A DNA stretch of 64,000 nt from Entomortierella parvispora E1425 (lineage: Eukaryota; Fungi; Mortierellomycota): assembly GCA_020891255.1 (NCBI GenBank), contig BQFW01000011.1:1550001-1614000 (forward strand), written 5' to 3'. A model generated the notes under the pieces. It was not told where the DNA came from. It made no database searches and worked only from the letters and a program-made list of their open reading frames with translations. A program made the position numbers and the translations under genes. This document shows, piece by piece, positions 1-11,855 of the stretch (positions are counted from its first letter, which is position 1; the number at the start of each line of letters is the position of its first letter).

Positions 1-3000
1 GGATCCAAGGCCCTTCCTTGATCATCCAGAGGGACAAGAACACGGCGATTCTTCAAGTGCACAACCCGGTGTGTGTTGGGAACTCTGTAGAGTCCTCCAT
101 CCTTGACAAAAATGGCGGGAGCTTCAATATCCAGTTCCTCGCCACTGCCAACAGTTCCGTTCTGACCTTCAAGGCCGGGGATCGGGGGTTGACTGCGCCA
201 GAACCACGCTTCCCAAGTACGATAGACAATGTGACCCTCTTCCTCTGGGTACCGCTCGCCATCCTTTCCATACATGAATGAGCTGAGTCGAAGCCACTGG
301 GAGAGTTTACGCCACCAACCCACGAACAAGACTTTGAATCGGTCGGAGGGGTCCAACCAGGTCAGCGTCATGGGAACCGCCAAATAAAAGACGAGCATAT
401 CCACAGGAAGATCAGAAAGAGGTTCACTAAATACGTGTGAAAAAGTAGGTGGTTAGCTCTACAGACGTTCAGAATGAACTAAAATATGCGAATAACAATA
501 CACGCCACAACTTACAGAACTGTCCATCGAAGGGGCAAGACGCCGCTCATCAAGTAGTAAATGGCCTGAGTGATCATACTGATGCCAACAAGAATAAGAG
601 TCATGTACATCAAGGCTCCCACTCCAAGTTTGCGAAGCTGCATCAGAACGGGTCTCTCGATTATCTCTCGAACGGGACTGAAGCCTTCGTCATTGGGATC
701 GCGAATAAGCCACATCACGCCTGGTCGCACAACGCCTCTGCAGATACTGACAAACAAAGCAAAGCTGAACATGAAGGCAGTTCCGACGAGCCAGTGCATG
801 AGCAAGGACCATTTTGGTGATTCCTGATAAAATGCCCAGCGAGATGCAAGTGTCGCGTCAGGAAGAATGGGAAGTGTCGTAACGCCAATGACAATTCCAC
901 AGAACAATGGGAAAACAACCATCTCGATAGCTACAAAGAAGGCAATCTATGATATGATGGATCTAGTTAGTAAATGAGGTAGAGTTGCAGCCATAGCAAC
1001 CCAACAACAACGATAAGTTCACCCTGACTTGCCTTCAAGATCAATCCCTGCTGTCGGAGGAAATCCTGGATGATTCGACCCACTGTCCAGATATGAGAGG
1101 GTTGGGGTCGCCTAACATACCACGAGGCCAAAGCAAAAAGCAAAAAGTATCCTACAGCGATGGCCAAATACTTGTCATTCGAAGACGGTCCGTACGCCAA
1201 TGAGCTCCATTTGGACATCAGGTCCTGGTAAGTGGCGCCGATATAGGTAGAGTTGTCAAACAAAAGACCAGATACATCTGCGGCGGTTCCATTCATGACT
1301 GTTTCTCCTGTTTTCACCGTGTCCATGACGACGGCATCGCCTACAACACTCTGCCAAAGGGGGAGCAAATTCGACTTTGCCCATTCCTCGACCGGCTGAA
1401 GGCTCTGACCTCCCAACAACACTCCAGCCACGGGAGCCGTGTACCGCTGGACCTGTGAGAACACCGCGACGAAAGGTTTGGAAATTAATATACCCAATAG
1501 AGGAAGGATACGATCCACCACAAAATCGATGACTGGGTCCGTGACAAAATTCAAGACTCGGATTGGGATCCTGAGAACGTTGAACGGGTTCATCAGCACA
1601 AGGGTCTTTCCGATCGTATAAGGGCCTCCTACACCGACGGCCAAGCTAGCGCAGATAAGGGCCGACATCAAAAGTGCATTCTGGATCAACATGGCGTAGG
1701 ATCCACGCATGCCAATCACTTCCAGAACGCCATCCAGCTCGTCCACAATCATGTCGTCCTGGTCATCTATCACATCCACCGCGGGTTCAAGGTCGGGGAT
1801 TCCTGGAGGTGCTTCGGGGGCAGCAACAGGCGCAAGAGGCCGGGGCGCAACGACAGGCATGGGTTCTGGGAACGCTCTATGGACATGTGCATCTGCTGCA
1901 GGTGCGCCATATCCTTGTTGAAGTGACTCGAGCAGCTGCAGAGTATCTGAGGACATCTCCATGCCCATCAGCTCCTCCCGTTGTTGCATCATAAATTCTG
2001 CTCCAAACTCCAGCTGCTGAAGGTGTTGCTGTTTATCTTCTGCAGACATTCCCTCAACCTCCCGCATGATCCGATCCATTTCTGTCTGGGCCAGATCTGC
2101 CCTCCATTCCAAAAGATGAACTCCATCCTTGAACGAAAGGTTGCGACCACGACACAGTGACTCGTATCTCTCAATCTTTTCCTTGGGTGTCATGACTGTG
2201 CCATCCTGCTTCAGGAAAACATTGTCATATGTCAATGGAATTCCAGCTCTCCAATACATGGGCAGATCGTTCTTGTCCCGGATTTGATTATCGGCGCTAA
2301 AAGGGGGAGGGAGCAAGCTTGAATGTTCTGCCCTGGCACTTCCTGCTTCTGATCCCCCATTAGATTGAGGATCGTTGACAGGATGAAACCGCACCGGTGG
2401 TACCGATGGTGATGCAGTTTCTTGGACCCACGGCGTATCTCTGATGTTTCGAGTTTTAGAATGATGTCTTGTTAGTGAATTCTGCCTCAAAAAGTAATTT
2501 TTCCGCCTTTTTAACTCTGAACTAGAATGCTTACGGGTGGTATGTTTGGCTCAGAGGGTCGTAAATGTATCCTGTTCTGGCAGGGGATGAAGATCCGGCG
2601 CTTGGGAAGTCATCTTGGTGCTGTAACCGGTATGCTGCTTGAATAGCTCCTTCTTCTGACCCGCCTGCGTTCTGTTCGAACGCATTCCTTGTGTCCGCTA
2701 CAGAGTTCCAACCCAATCCAAGGTTGGGAGGTTGTGGAGCACCACCTGGTCGACGTACAGGATCAGCAGCAGGATGATTGAATCGAGCGATTTCCAAGAA
2801 GTGCCCACCTCCTTGAATGTCCCGTGGATGTTCGTCAATAAGGTGACCTGCTCGATGCATTCTCTGCTGTCGCTGTCGTTGTTGTTGTTGATTCCGTTGC
2901 TCTTGTTGTTCCCGTAACTCTTGCTGCTCTGCGCGTTGTCGCAAGTGCTGCTGCAGTGCCTGAAGTCGAGCGGCCATCTGCTCCTGATCACCAGCGATTC

Positions 3001-4377
3001 GGTCAAAATCGGCCAACTCTTCAAGCACGGGGTCACCACCCTCCTCCTCCATGATTTGATTTTGAAGAACCCATTCCCTCAGAAGGAATGTCACAAGGAA
3101 TACGACAACGACCAGGGCAGCCACAACATGGCCCTCAAAGATGTCAAATATAAAAGTACTATAGGAACCAAGAAGTGATCGTTAGTGTGGGCTGGTGTAG
3201 TAAATGCTTGATGATATTTTGGCCCGAGAACCGAGGAAAAGAAAATATACCTGATCCACTTTTGCTCTGGAGGAATAGATTGAAGAACAAACTGCGTTAC
3301 AAAATGCAGTTGATCAAAATCCGGCACCCCTGTTCCGTTCGTGTCAGTGCCGTTGGTCAATGTTGCGTTGATGGCTGGGGGGACATCCAGACCATTGGCA
3401 CCAAAAGCAAATCGATCTCCGACCCAAAAGTATAGACGCCATACCCAGATGGTGAGGTACGGCAACAGGACCAGCCAAATTGTGCCGACAATGATTGCTC
3501 TAATAACCAATTTGATCCCGACTCCAACTGTTCCTGCCATCCTTTTGAAGAGAATCCATCTTGGAATCGATTCTGGCATATTTTGGTCATAAACTAGGGG
3601 ATGAAAGAGGAAAAACAAAAAATTACAAACGATCAGACCTTAGCGTCAACCAGTCGACGACCATTGCTCCTGCCGCCTGTGATCTTGACAACTGTCATCT
3701 CTCCTGTTGCAGATCTCTTACTGGGTGTGAACGCAAAGTTGTATTTGCAAAGTTCGCAGTATCTATAAAGGAGATAACGCTCGTTAGATCACGGCTTTTC
3801 AAGAAATTTGTCGTCATTGGCCAAAAAAAAACAACAATAAAAGCAGATGCATCATGGTCCTGTCCTGCCACATACTTCTTGTTGCTATGCCGAAGCCACT
3901 CTTCCAGACTAGAGGAGGATCCAATCCAATGCGCCAAGGACACGTAAGAGATAAGAGAAAAAGATGATAAATCGATCGGGGGTCGATCGTTTGACGTTCG
4001 TTAGTTCCACAGCTGTTGCGGCATTTTTGCATCACAGGATGGTATGTTGGTGTCTCCTGTGACCGAGCAAAACGATGGTGGTGAGGGTTGTTTTTGCATT
4101 TACCATTCTTGATGCACATAGCGAATACTTCCTGAACATTTGCATGGATGGAACAGCGGTTGGTCCGCTGTGCTCTCTGACCTGCAGACTCTGCAGATCT
4201 CTATTGAATGGGGAATGAATTCATTGGAAGGAAAGGATTAGAGACAGAACATTGAAGATAAAAAAAAGGAGAGGATGTAGGCATGACTTGAGCTCCAGTC
4301 CTAGTGCCTAGCATATCCATGTTCAGCTGCACTAAGATCGATGGATTGAATGTCGAGGTACCTTCTTCCTTCTCCAT
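1..4377 (-). CDS. DOA10: RING-CH (RINGv) ERAD E3 ubiquitin ligase, Doa10/MARCH6 family; 3' end runs off the window
   Basis: Spliced N-terminus MEKEE|[33 protein letters not shown]|[10 protein letters not shown]|KYCELCK is the RING-CH motif (ATG 4377, 16-nt first exon). It is followed by multi-TM segments: [66 protein letters not shown]. Eight introns traced. Confidence 0.92.
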
Positions 4378-4549
4378 CGCGAGTGTGTTGGAGTTGGCGC
4401 TGACAGGCGAGGGTTCGAGATTATTCCACGGGATGAATGTCGCGCAGTATGAAGTGCTCGGGTCAGAAGAAGCGGATGAAGACTAAGAGTGTCCAGAGGA
4501 AGGTAAGTCGCCGCCAGCAAGGAGAGGAGGCTGGACTGATGTGGATAAG

Positions 4550-4583
4550 AGAAGAAGAAGAAGAAGAAGAAGAAGAAGAAGAA
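4550..4583. repeat. (GAA)~11 microsatellite upstream of DOA10
   Basis: Direct run gaagaagaag... in the DOA10/carboxylase divergent intergenic region. Confidence 0.95.
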
Positions 4584-5221
4584 GGAGAATGCCAGGAACG
4601 AATTCCACAAGGGAGTGCAAAGGAGGATTGTATGTGTGTGAGAGTGCGAAAGAGAGGGCAAAAAGAGGGCGGGTGTTGAAAACGACGATGACTGAGGCCA
4701 TTTGCAGCAACAGAGGGTGCACTCTGGCGTGCAATTAGAGAGGGTGCATGCCCATTGGGGTGATTGGTGGCAACAGGACCATGTCCTCTTTCTTGTTTCG
4801 TGCCTGTCGTCTTGTCACTTCTTTCACAGCAGAGGGCCCCTTTTCTGTCCCTCCCTTGAGAGCTGTTGCTGGCAGAGGGCACTTCCCCATCTATTGCTGC
4901 TATCAACCCACTCTCACCTCAGATAACCAGATGTGCAGAGTTTTGCTGTGAGTCCCTTCCTTCTTCCGTGTCACTTCACGAGGAGCACAAGGGGTCTTCC
5001 TTGGTCGTCGCGTCGCTGCTGTCACTTTGCACGCACGGATTCCTTTCCTTCTTTTTTTTTTTTTTTTTTTTTTCTTTTTTTTTTGCATCTCTTGACTCAT
5101 TCACCCTCTTCGTTCATTCCCACTTCAACTTTTTACTGCATCTCGTTCTCTTTTTCAACCCCACCCCATTGACCCGCCCGCCATAACAGTAACAAGTGGC
5201 AAAAAGAAAGGACAAGCAGCC

Positions 5222-7211
5222 ATGGCCACCAACCTCGGCCACAACACCAAGCCGACAAAGTCAAAGGTGAACACAAAGTCGCCCGAGTTCATCGCCAACT
5301 ACAAGGAAATGCTTGAGATGGTCGACCAGCTCAACGAACGTCTCCAGGAAGCGACTTTTCAAGGATCCGATCGCCTCTTGGCCCTTCACCACAAACGCGG
5401 CTCCATTCTGGGTAACAACCATCTTCCTTTCTTTCAGCCGATCCGAGCGAATCTTTCTCGCGGTAGAATGTTATCTGACCCGCTGTTCACATTACCTTGC
5501 AGCTCGTGATCGCATTGAGCTCTTGCTGGATGACGACTCTCCGTTCATGGAGCTGTGCCCTCTTGCTGGATATGGCCAAGATGACATGACCGTTGGTGGT
5601 TCTCAGGTCGCAGGGATTGGCCTTGTTTGGTAGATTGAAGGATCTTGAAATAGAGGAATGCTGGAAAGCTCACGTCTTTATTCTAACTTTCATTGTCAAT
5701 CCTCTCTCTAGTGGCGTCGAATGTATGATCACGGCCAACATCCCAACCCTGCAGGGTGGCGCATGGAATGCAATGACAATGGCGCGAGGACAACGTATCA
5801 GTGAGATTGCCTGGATTAACCGTCTCCCCCACATTCAGCTTGTGCAATCGGTAGAGATTAGGACATTGCCTCATCCTTGAGGTGAACTAACTACTTGCTG
5901 CTGGACTATTGCCATCTAACTAACGGTCATTGACGGTGGTTATATAGGCAGGAGCTAACTTGGCCCAGCAGAGCCGAGTTTTTCACCCTGGTGGAGCTGG
6001 ATTCCGACACTTGGCAGAGAGGTAAAGCGAGATCTGGTTATTCAGAATGTATCTTGCCAAAAAAAAAAAAAAAAATGGCATCTCTAACCACTTCCTTGGA
6101 TCCTAGGTCCAAGGCGGGTCTCCCTTCTGCCGCGGTCGTGTTTGGAAACGCAACGGCTGGTGGAGCGTATATCCCAGGCATGAGCGATTATGTCGTGATG
6201 ATCAAGGAGAAGGCATTCATGTTCTTGGGCGGACCACCTTTGGTCAAGATGGCTACTGGAGAGATCACGGATGCCGAATCTCTTGGAGGGGCAGACATGC
6301 ACAGCCGTCGGTCCGGAGTTTCGGACCAATTAGCCATGGACGAATACCATGCCATTTCGATGGCCCGTGAGTTTGTCTCTGGACTGAATTGGACCAAACA
6401 GGGTCAACTCCCCATGCGACATCTTCAGGGTCTGTTTGACCAGCCTCTGTATGACCCCGATGAGATTTTGGGCATTGTCAGCGCCAACATCCGCATTCCC
6501 TTTGATGCCGTGGAGGTCATTATCCGTCTGGTGGATGGCTCTCGGTTCACGCAGTTTAAGCCTCTCTATGGACCTAATTTGATTTGTGGCTGGGCCACCA
6601 TTCACGGCATCCCTGTTGGTATTCTCGCCAACAACAATGTCATTTTCCCGCCCGAGGCCAACAAGGCGACACAGTTCATTCAGCTGTGCAACATGCGTGA
6701 TACCCCCATTTTGTATCTCCACAACATCACTGGATTCATGGTGGGCAAAAAGTATGAAGAAGAGGGCATCATCAAGGCTGGCTCCCGATTCATTAATGCC
6801 GTTTCCAACTCTCAGGTGCCTTGTATCACGATCGTGATGGGGGCCAGTTACGGCGCCGGAAACTATGCTATGGCTGGTCGTGCCTACAATCCTCGGTTCT
6901 TGTTTTCGTGGCCCAACAGCAAGTGCTCGGTCATGGGAGCTGAGCAGCTGACAGGAGTGCTTGATATTGTGATGAGAGACTCTGCTAAAAAATCGGGCAG
7001 GGTCATTGACGAAGAGATGGCCAAAGCTTCCATGGACATGTTCCAGGCCATGGTGGAGAGCGAGTCGGACGTGTACTGGACCAGTTCGCGCTGTGTTGAC
7101 GATGGAGTGATCGATCCACGCGAAACAAGGACCATCTTGGGCTTTTGTCTTTCGGTCTGTTACAACACTGAGGTCAAGGGTGGCAATCTCTATGGTGTCT
7201 CGCGCATGTAG
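5222..7211 (+). CDS. Biotin-dependent acyl-CoA carboxylase carboxyltransferase (beta) subunit, MCCC2/AccD2/AtuC-like
   Basis: Five exons give RDRIELLLD..PFMEL, GVECMITAN, GNATAGGAY.PGMSD, FLGGPPLVKMATGE, LGGADMH, GASYGAGNYAMAGRAY, DDGVIDPRETR. The protein ends GVSRM*. Four GT-AG introns. Confidence 0.93.
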
Positions 7212-8257
7212 ATGTAGAGGAGACGACTAACCTATAGACGAAGATTATCACTATATAAATGAGATGAGCAGACCCCACCGATGCAACACGTACCTGCATC
7301 GGGGCGTCAATTGCTCATCATCACCATCATCATCTATTCGGACAGCACGGCCCGAGTGCAGCTTGGTGAAAGGGCTATCCTTACTTTAGCGATTGTGCCT
7401 CGATGCCCAAAAAAAACAAAAGACCTCCTGACATCTTTTTTATTTTTCCTCTCTGACAACGACGTTCCTGTTCCCATAAGACCCCTCCTTCCGCGATTGC
7501 CCTGCAGCTTGTCCCCCAGCTTCTACCTTTAGAGGCAGGTCTCGACGACAACAACGCGGAGAAGGGGGATCAGGGACCCTTTTTCCGTCTGCGAATGTTT
7601 GTTGGTTGTCGCCCTTTTGAGGAAATAGAAGAGAGGACGAGCCGTTGAGCCAAGGCAGGGTCGAAGGGTCCGGTCTGACCTCCCCCGCTCGACCAAACAA
7701 ACAAAAGAATGGGATCGGGTGTGTGTGGTTTTACAAAGAGGCAGCAAAATCATAATGGCTCGCGTCCTATAGCTCATTCATTGTCTTTTGGACCGAAAAA
7801 AAAAAAAAAAAAAAAAAAAAGGGCCTCCAAAACTCTAGAAAGAATCGTCTTCCGGACACGTCCGAGAAGGAGCCATCAATATGCGGGCTACATGGAGCAA
7901 TTTTTGCCTAGGACAAGGGGACAAAAAGGACGGTGGGTCCGTCTTTCCCTGGATCAAAGTTGCCCGTCGATCCATCCAGAGCGATAACGTCTTTTTTTTA
8001 TTTGCTCACGACCCAGCAGCAAAGGGGAGGAGAGGAGAGAGAAACCTCTTTTGGATAAACCTCCCTTCTCCACATCCTGCTTCTTTTAGACGGCCTCCAC
8101 GCCACGCCACGCTTCATAGCGATCATATCCGATATCCTCCTCGCTACCCCTCATTAGCACATGTGAAATGGGATCTGCCGAGGTGTTGGCTGGAGCGGGC
8201 TTGTTCGAGGGCTGATGTTAGGGTGAGCGAATGTTGAGTGAGTGAATGGTGAGTTGG

Positions 8258-8476
8258 TGAGTGAGAGAGTGAGAGAGAGAGAGAGAGAGAGAAGGAGGAA
8301 GGATCGGTCAGTGGGCCGATAGACCCAGGCCCAGACAGCAGACAGCAGACAGCAGATAGACAACAGACAGGCACAGACAGGCACAGACAGACAGACAGCG
8401 CAGAGAGACAGAATAATGAGACGAACCAACGGCCGAAAGGGATCGGACTGTCTTGTCCTGTCTTGTCTTGTCTTGG
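8258..8476. repeat. Compound microsatellite block: (GA)n, (CAGACAG)n/(CAGA)n, (TTGTC)n
   Basis: gagagagaga at 8264-8292, cagacagcagacagcagacag... at 8333-8400 and ttgtcttgtcttgtc at ~8452-8475, upstream of DIC1. Confidence 0.9.
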
Positions 8477-8771
8477 GCGGAGGAATCATGGGTGTGTAAA
8501 CACATAAAACAACAGGCGGACCTTTTTTTGTTTCTTCTTCTTCTTCTTCACCTCTCTCCCTTCTCCACTCTTCTCTACCCTGTCCTCGGTCGCTTCGGGC
8601 CATCCTCTCCCTTCTGTGTCCTAGCAACAACATACCCCAGAACAACCGTTATTGTTTGCTCTCGTCCTTTTTTATTTTTTTATTTTTTTATTTTTTGCAT
8701 TCCTTTCCCCCCATTCGTTCGTCTTTTCTTTTTGCATCACTTTGCACTTTTGCTCCTTCCAGACATTCACA

Positions 8772-10467
8772 ATGGCCACCGCAACGACAACAACAACACA
8801 GCAGGTTCAGCTGCAGCAAGTAAAGCCAGTTCAGCAGACACCTCAACAACAGCAGCAGCAACAGCAGCAAAAGGCACCTATTGCGAAGCCAAGAGATCCA
8901 TTCTGGCTCGGAGGTAAAGACAAAAGAAACCAGCTCCCACCAGTCAAAAGAAAAGAATACTTTTTTGACTCATAAGACGCAGGGGCGGGGTCTATTAATT
9001 CCTTGGTCGCCACCAATCCTCATCCTCGCTGTGGTGTGGACCAGTAGACGGAGCACGGCTGGGTCGTCGGACACAGGAACTGCAGGAAGAGAGGCGGTGG
9101 CTGGTTGGCATGGACCGAAGCATGCTGGAATGATGCCCATGACCCTCCCCTCTGTGCATGAGCAAGGACCAGCAAAAAGAGACAAAAAGAGACAAAATGA
9201 GCTGCAAGTGAACGAAGACTAACTTTCCCACCTTCGTCTTTATGACTATTTTCATCTTGTGCACTGTAGGCGCTGCTTCCTGCTCTGCTGCTCTCGTCTC
9301 CCATCCGTTCGATCTGACCAAGGTGCGCTTACAGACCACCCAGGGCGCCAGTTCTCAGGGAATGATCGGAACCATGATCAATGTCGCCCGTCATGAGGGC
9401 ATCTTTGCTCTCTACACCGGACTCTCTGCCAGCTTGTTGCGTCAGGGCACATACTCGACTGTGCGCTTTGGAACCTATGATCTCCTGAAGGAGAAGTTTG
9501 GACCCAAAGATGGAAGTACGTTTATGTCATCCAGCATGACGAGCACCTCGATCCCGATCTGCGTCTTTCTGTCACTTTTTTTTGTTTGTTGTTCTTACAA
9601 GGATGGAACAAGGCTGGCTGGCCTTTTTGCCATCGTTCGGTCCATTGTGGTCATGGGCGTATTTATCATTGCGGCGGGCAGTTGGAGGATGAACGGAGTA
9701 TCGGAGTCGAAAAAACAATGCACTTACACACAACCCAACCTTCTTCCTGTTATCTTTCTTGTCTGTTCTAGGCCGTATCCCCGTCAGCACAATGTTGCTC
9801 TGCGGTGTATTGGCAGGATGCATTGGAGGCGGATTCGGTAACCCAGCAGATGTGGTCAACATTCGTATGGTGAACGACGGCAAGTTGCCCAAGGAGCAGC
9901 AGCGACACTACAAGCATGCGTTCGACGGACTTTACAGGATCGCGAAGGAGGAGGGTCCTGGTCAATTGATGAGAGGTTTGGGACCCAACATGAACCGTGC
10001 CATCTTGATGACAAGTTCCCAATTGGTCTCGTACGATGGTTTCAAGCGGCAATTGTTGGCCACACCTTGGTTCAAGGACAACTTGGCCACTCATTTTGCT
10101 TCCTCGCTTTTGGCTGTAAGTTGCGCTATATCGTCTACAACTCTGCCTCTTTCTTTTTGTCCTCAGTGGGACTGAACAAACTGCAAGGATCAAGTGACTT
10201 ACTCACTGTCTTTTTTTTACAATCTGTCAATAGGGTCTTGTTGCAACGACGGTGTGTGCCCCATTGGATGTGCTCAAAACTAGAATTATGAACTCTTCAG
10301 GAGCATCAACATCTTCGACTCAAATGTTCTTCCATATTATCAAGACTGAGGGACCCACGGCGCTCTTCAAGGGCTGGCTCCCTGCTTTCTTGCGTCTTGG
10401 ACCTCACACCATTGTCACCTTTATTGTCCTTGAGCAGCTCAAGGTCCTTGTTCACCAAAAAAAGTAA
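8772..10467 (+). CDS. DIC1: Mitochondrial dicarboxylate carrier (SLC25A10 family)
   Basis: Four exons. PFWLGG|AASCSAA, three carrier signatures (HPFDLTKVRLQ, NPADVVNIRM, APLDVLKTRIM), GLSASLLRQGTYSTVRFG, RLGPHTIVTF. Confidence 0.9.
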
Positions 10468-11349
10468 ACTACAAAACACATAGACGAATAAACGCTAATT
10501 GCCCCCTCCAGACGTGATCCATGACGCAGGGACCAGGGGGAGAGAAGCAAGGAAGTAGATTGTCGAAGAACTCGGGACCTAGAGGGGTAGCAAAGGCCAG
10601 CCCACAATACCGCTATTCAGGCAACAGTGTTGCAGGAGACTAAGGAGCGCCGATGTTTGCCGTCTCCGCAACTCAGTGCCAAAGGTACAGTGTCTTCTTT
10701 TGAGATCCGTGCTTTGATATTAGGAAGTTGAGTCCTTTTATCTCACATCAAATGTGGTATGACCTGAAATGGAGCCGACAATTAACCCAATATTCACAGC
10801 ATTTTCCCTGTGAGATGTCTTCGTTCCCCATTTCCCCGCACATGGCTATCTCAGCATCAATGGAAACGTTCCCCCGGTCTATTGTTTGTTACCTGAAGAC
10901 CCCGGCATGATTGAAACTGAAGGAGGAGGCACAGGCAACAATTGAGTAAGGTTGGCTAGCGTTCAGGCTATGGTGCGTGGTGATACACGGACCTGAAGGG
11001 TCCATCCAGCGGGTGTTGCTGTTGGGAAGCCAAGCCCCATAACTATGAGAGTCAAAAATAGAGGATATCTGCTTAACCGTCAGGACAACAATGGTTGTCC
11101 AACCAGCAAGCATACATTGCACATGAACACAGAAATGGAATGCAACGGACAGCTAAATGAGAAATGAAGTGCGCGCCGCAACACACACGATGTCAATGGT
11201 GACGGTGACGAATGCGCGCTCGGACCTTTGTGTTTCTTTGCCACCTATCTTTTCCTCTTCTCTTCTCCCACCTTTCCGCACTTCAACATTTTCATTGGTA
11301 AGCTTCACATCCCTTCATGTCGTTTTCCTTCTTGTTTTTTTTTGTAGGA

Positions 11350-11855
11350 AGGTCTGGAATGTCAATTCAGTTTTCTTTAGCTGATGGGTCCCGGTGGTTG
11401 GGTGAGCCAACACAATCATGGGTGTTGCCTCTTGGACCTCCCGCTGCGCGTGCTTATAAGGGACCCATCCCCTTTCTCAAAAGGGAGCAGCTACTGTATC
11501 GCTGATGGTGGCGAGGCTGCTTTGACGCCCCTCCGACTACCTGGCTTGTCCATGGATTCACTTATAAGGGTGCCATCCATTCCATGCCTTCCATTCGTTT
11601 CGTTTTTTGTCCATTGGTTGAGTATGATAATGGTCTTGTACATGTCAAATTCAGTGTTCTTCAGCTGATGGGTCCCGGTGGTTGGGTGAGCCAACACAGT
11701 CATGGGTGTTGCCTCTTGGACCTCCCGCTGCGCGTACTTATAAGGGACCCATCCCCTTTCTCAAAAGGGAGCAGCTGCTGTAACGCTGATGGTGGCGAGG
11801 CTGCTTTGACGCCCCTTCGATTACATGGCATGTCCATGGACTATAAGGGTGCCAC
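11350..11855 (+). repeat. Tandem direct duplication, period 284 bp; ~200-bp core about 93-95% identical by eye
   Basis: ctgatgggtcccggtggttgggtgagccaacac... starts at 11381 and again at 11665. Similarity extends ~30 nt upstream (atgtcaa(a)ttcagt.ttctt.ag) and ends at tataagggtgcca (~11575 and ~11854). Confidence 0.96.
11381..11854 (+). ncRNA. Putative structured non-coding RNA, two tandem copies (11381-11578, 11665-11854); family unknown
   Basis: Perfect 10-bp stem gatgggtccc (11383-92)/gggacccatc (11460-69) enclosing a G-U-rich stem and an inner caacac/gtgttg hairpin. It is followed by a cccttt-ctca-aaaggg hairpin and an agcagc/gctgct stem. No motif of a known RNA family was recognised. Confidence 0.4.

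Noticed and set aside
2442-2490. ORF-track start [12 protein letters not shown] for a separate 507-aa gene
   Set aside because: This segment is intronic (branch point CACTAAC, acceptor CATCAG); the ORF is an internal DOA10 exon.
4400-4430. ggttcgag T-loop-like motif (also gttcgagtcc near 62521)
   Set aside because: No cloverleaf or A-box context was found, so no tRNA is called.
11381-11854. Known RNA families (hammerhead, HDV-like, twister, SRP, RNase P/MRP, U snRNAs, C/D or H/ACA snoRNA, TPP riboswitch, SECIS, 5S)
   Set aside because: Diagnostic motifs were not found by eye: CTGATGG rather than CTGATGA with no paired GAAA, no P3/L3, no H box after hairpin 1 on the + strand, and an ACA candidate only in copy 2. 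This needs cmscan for certainty.
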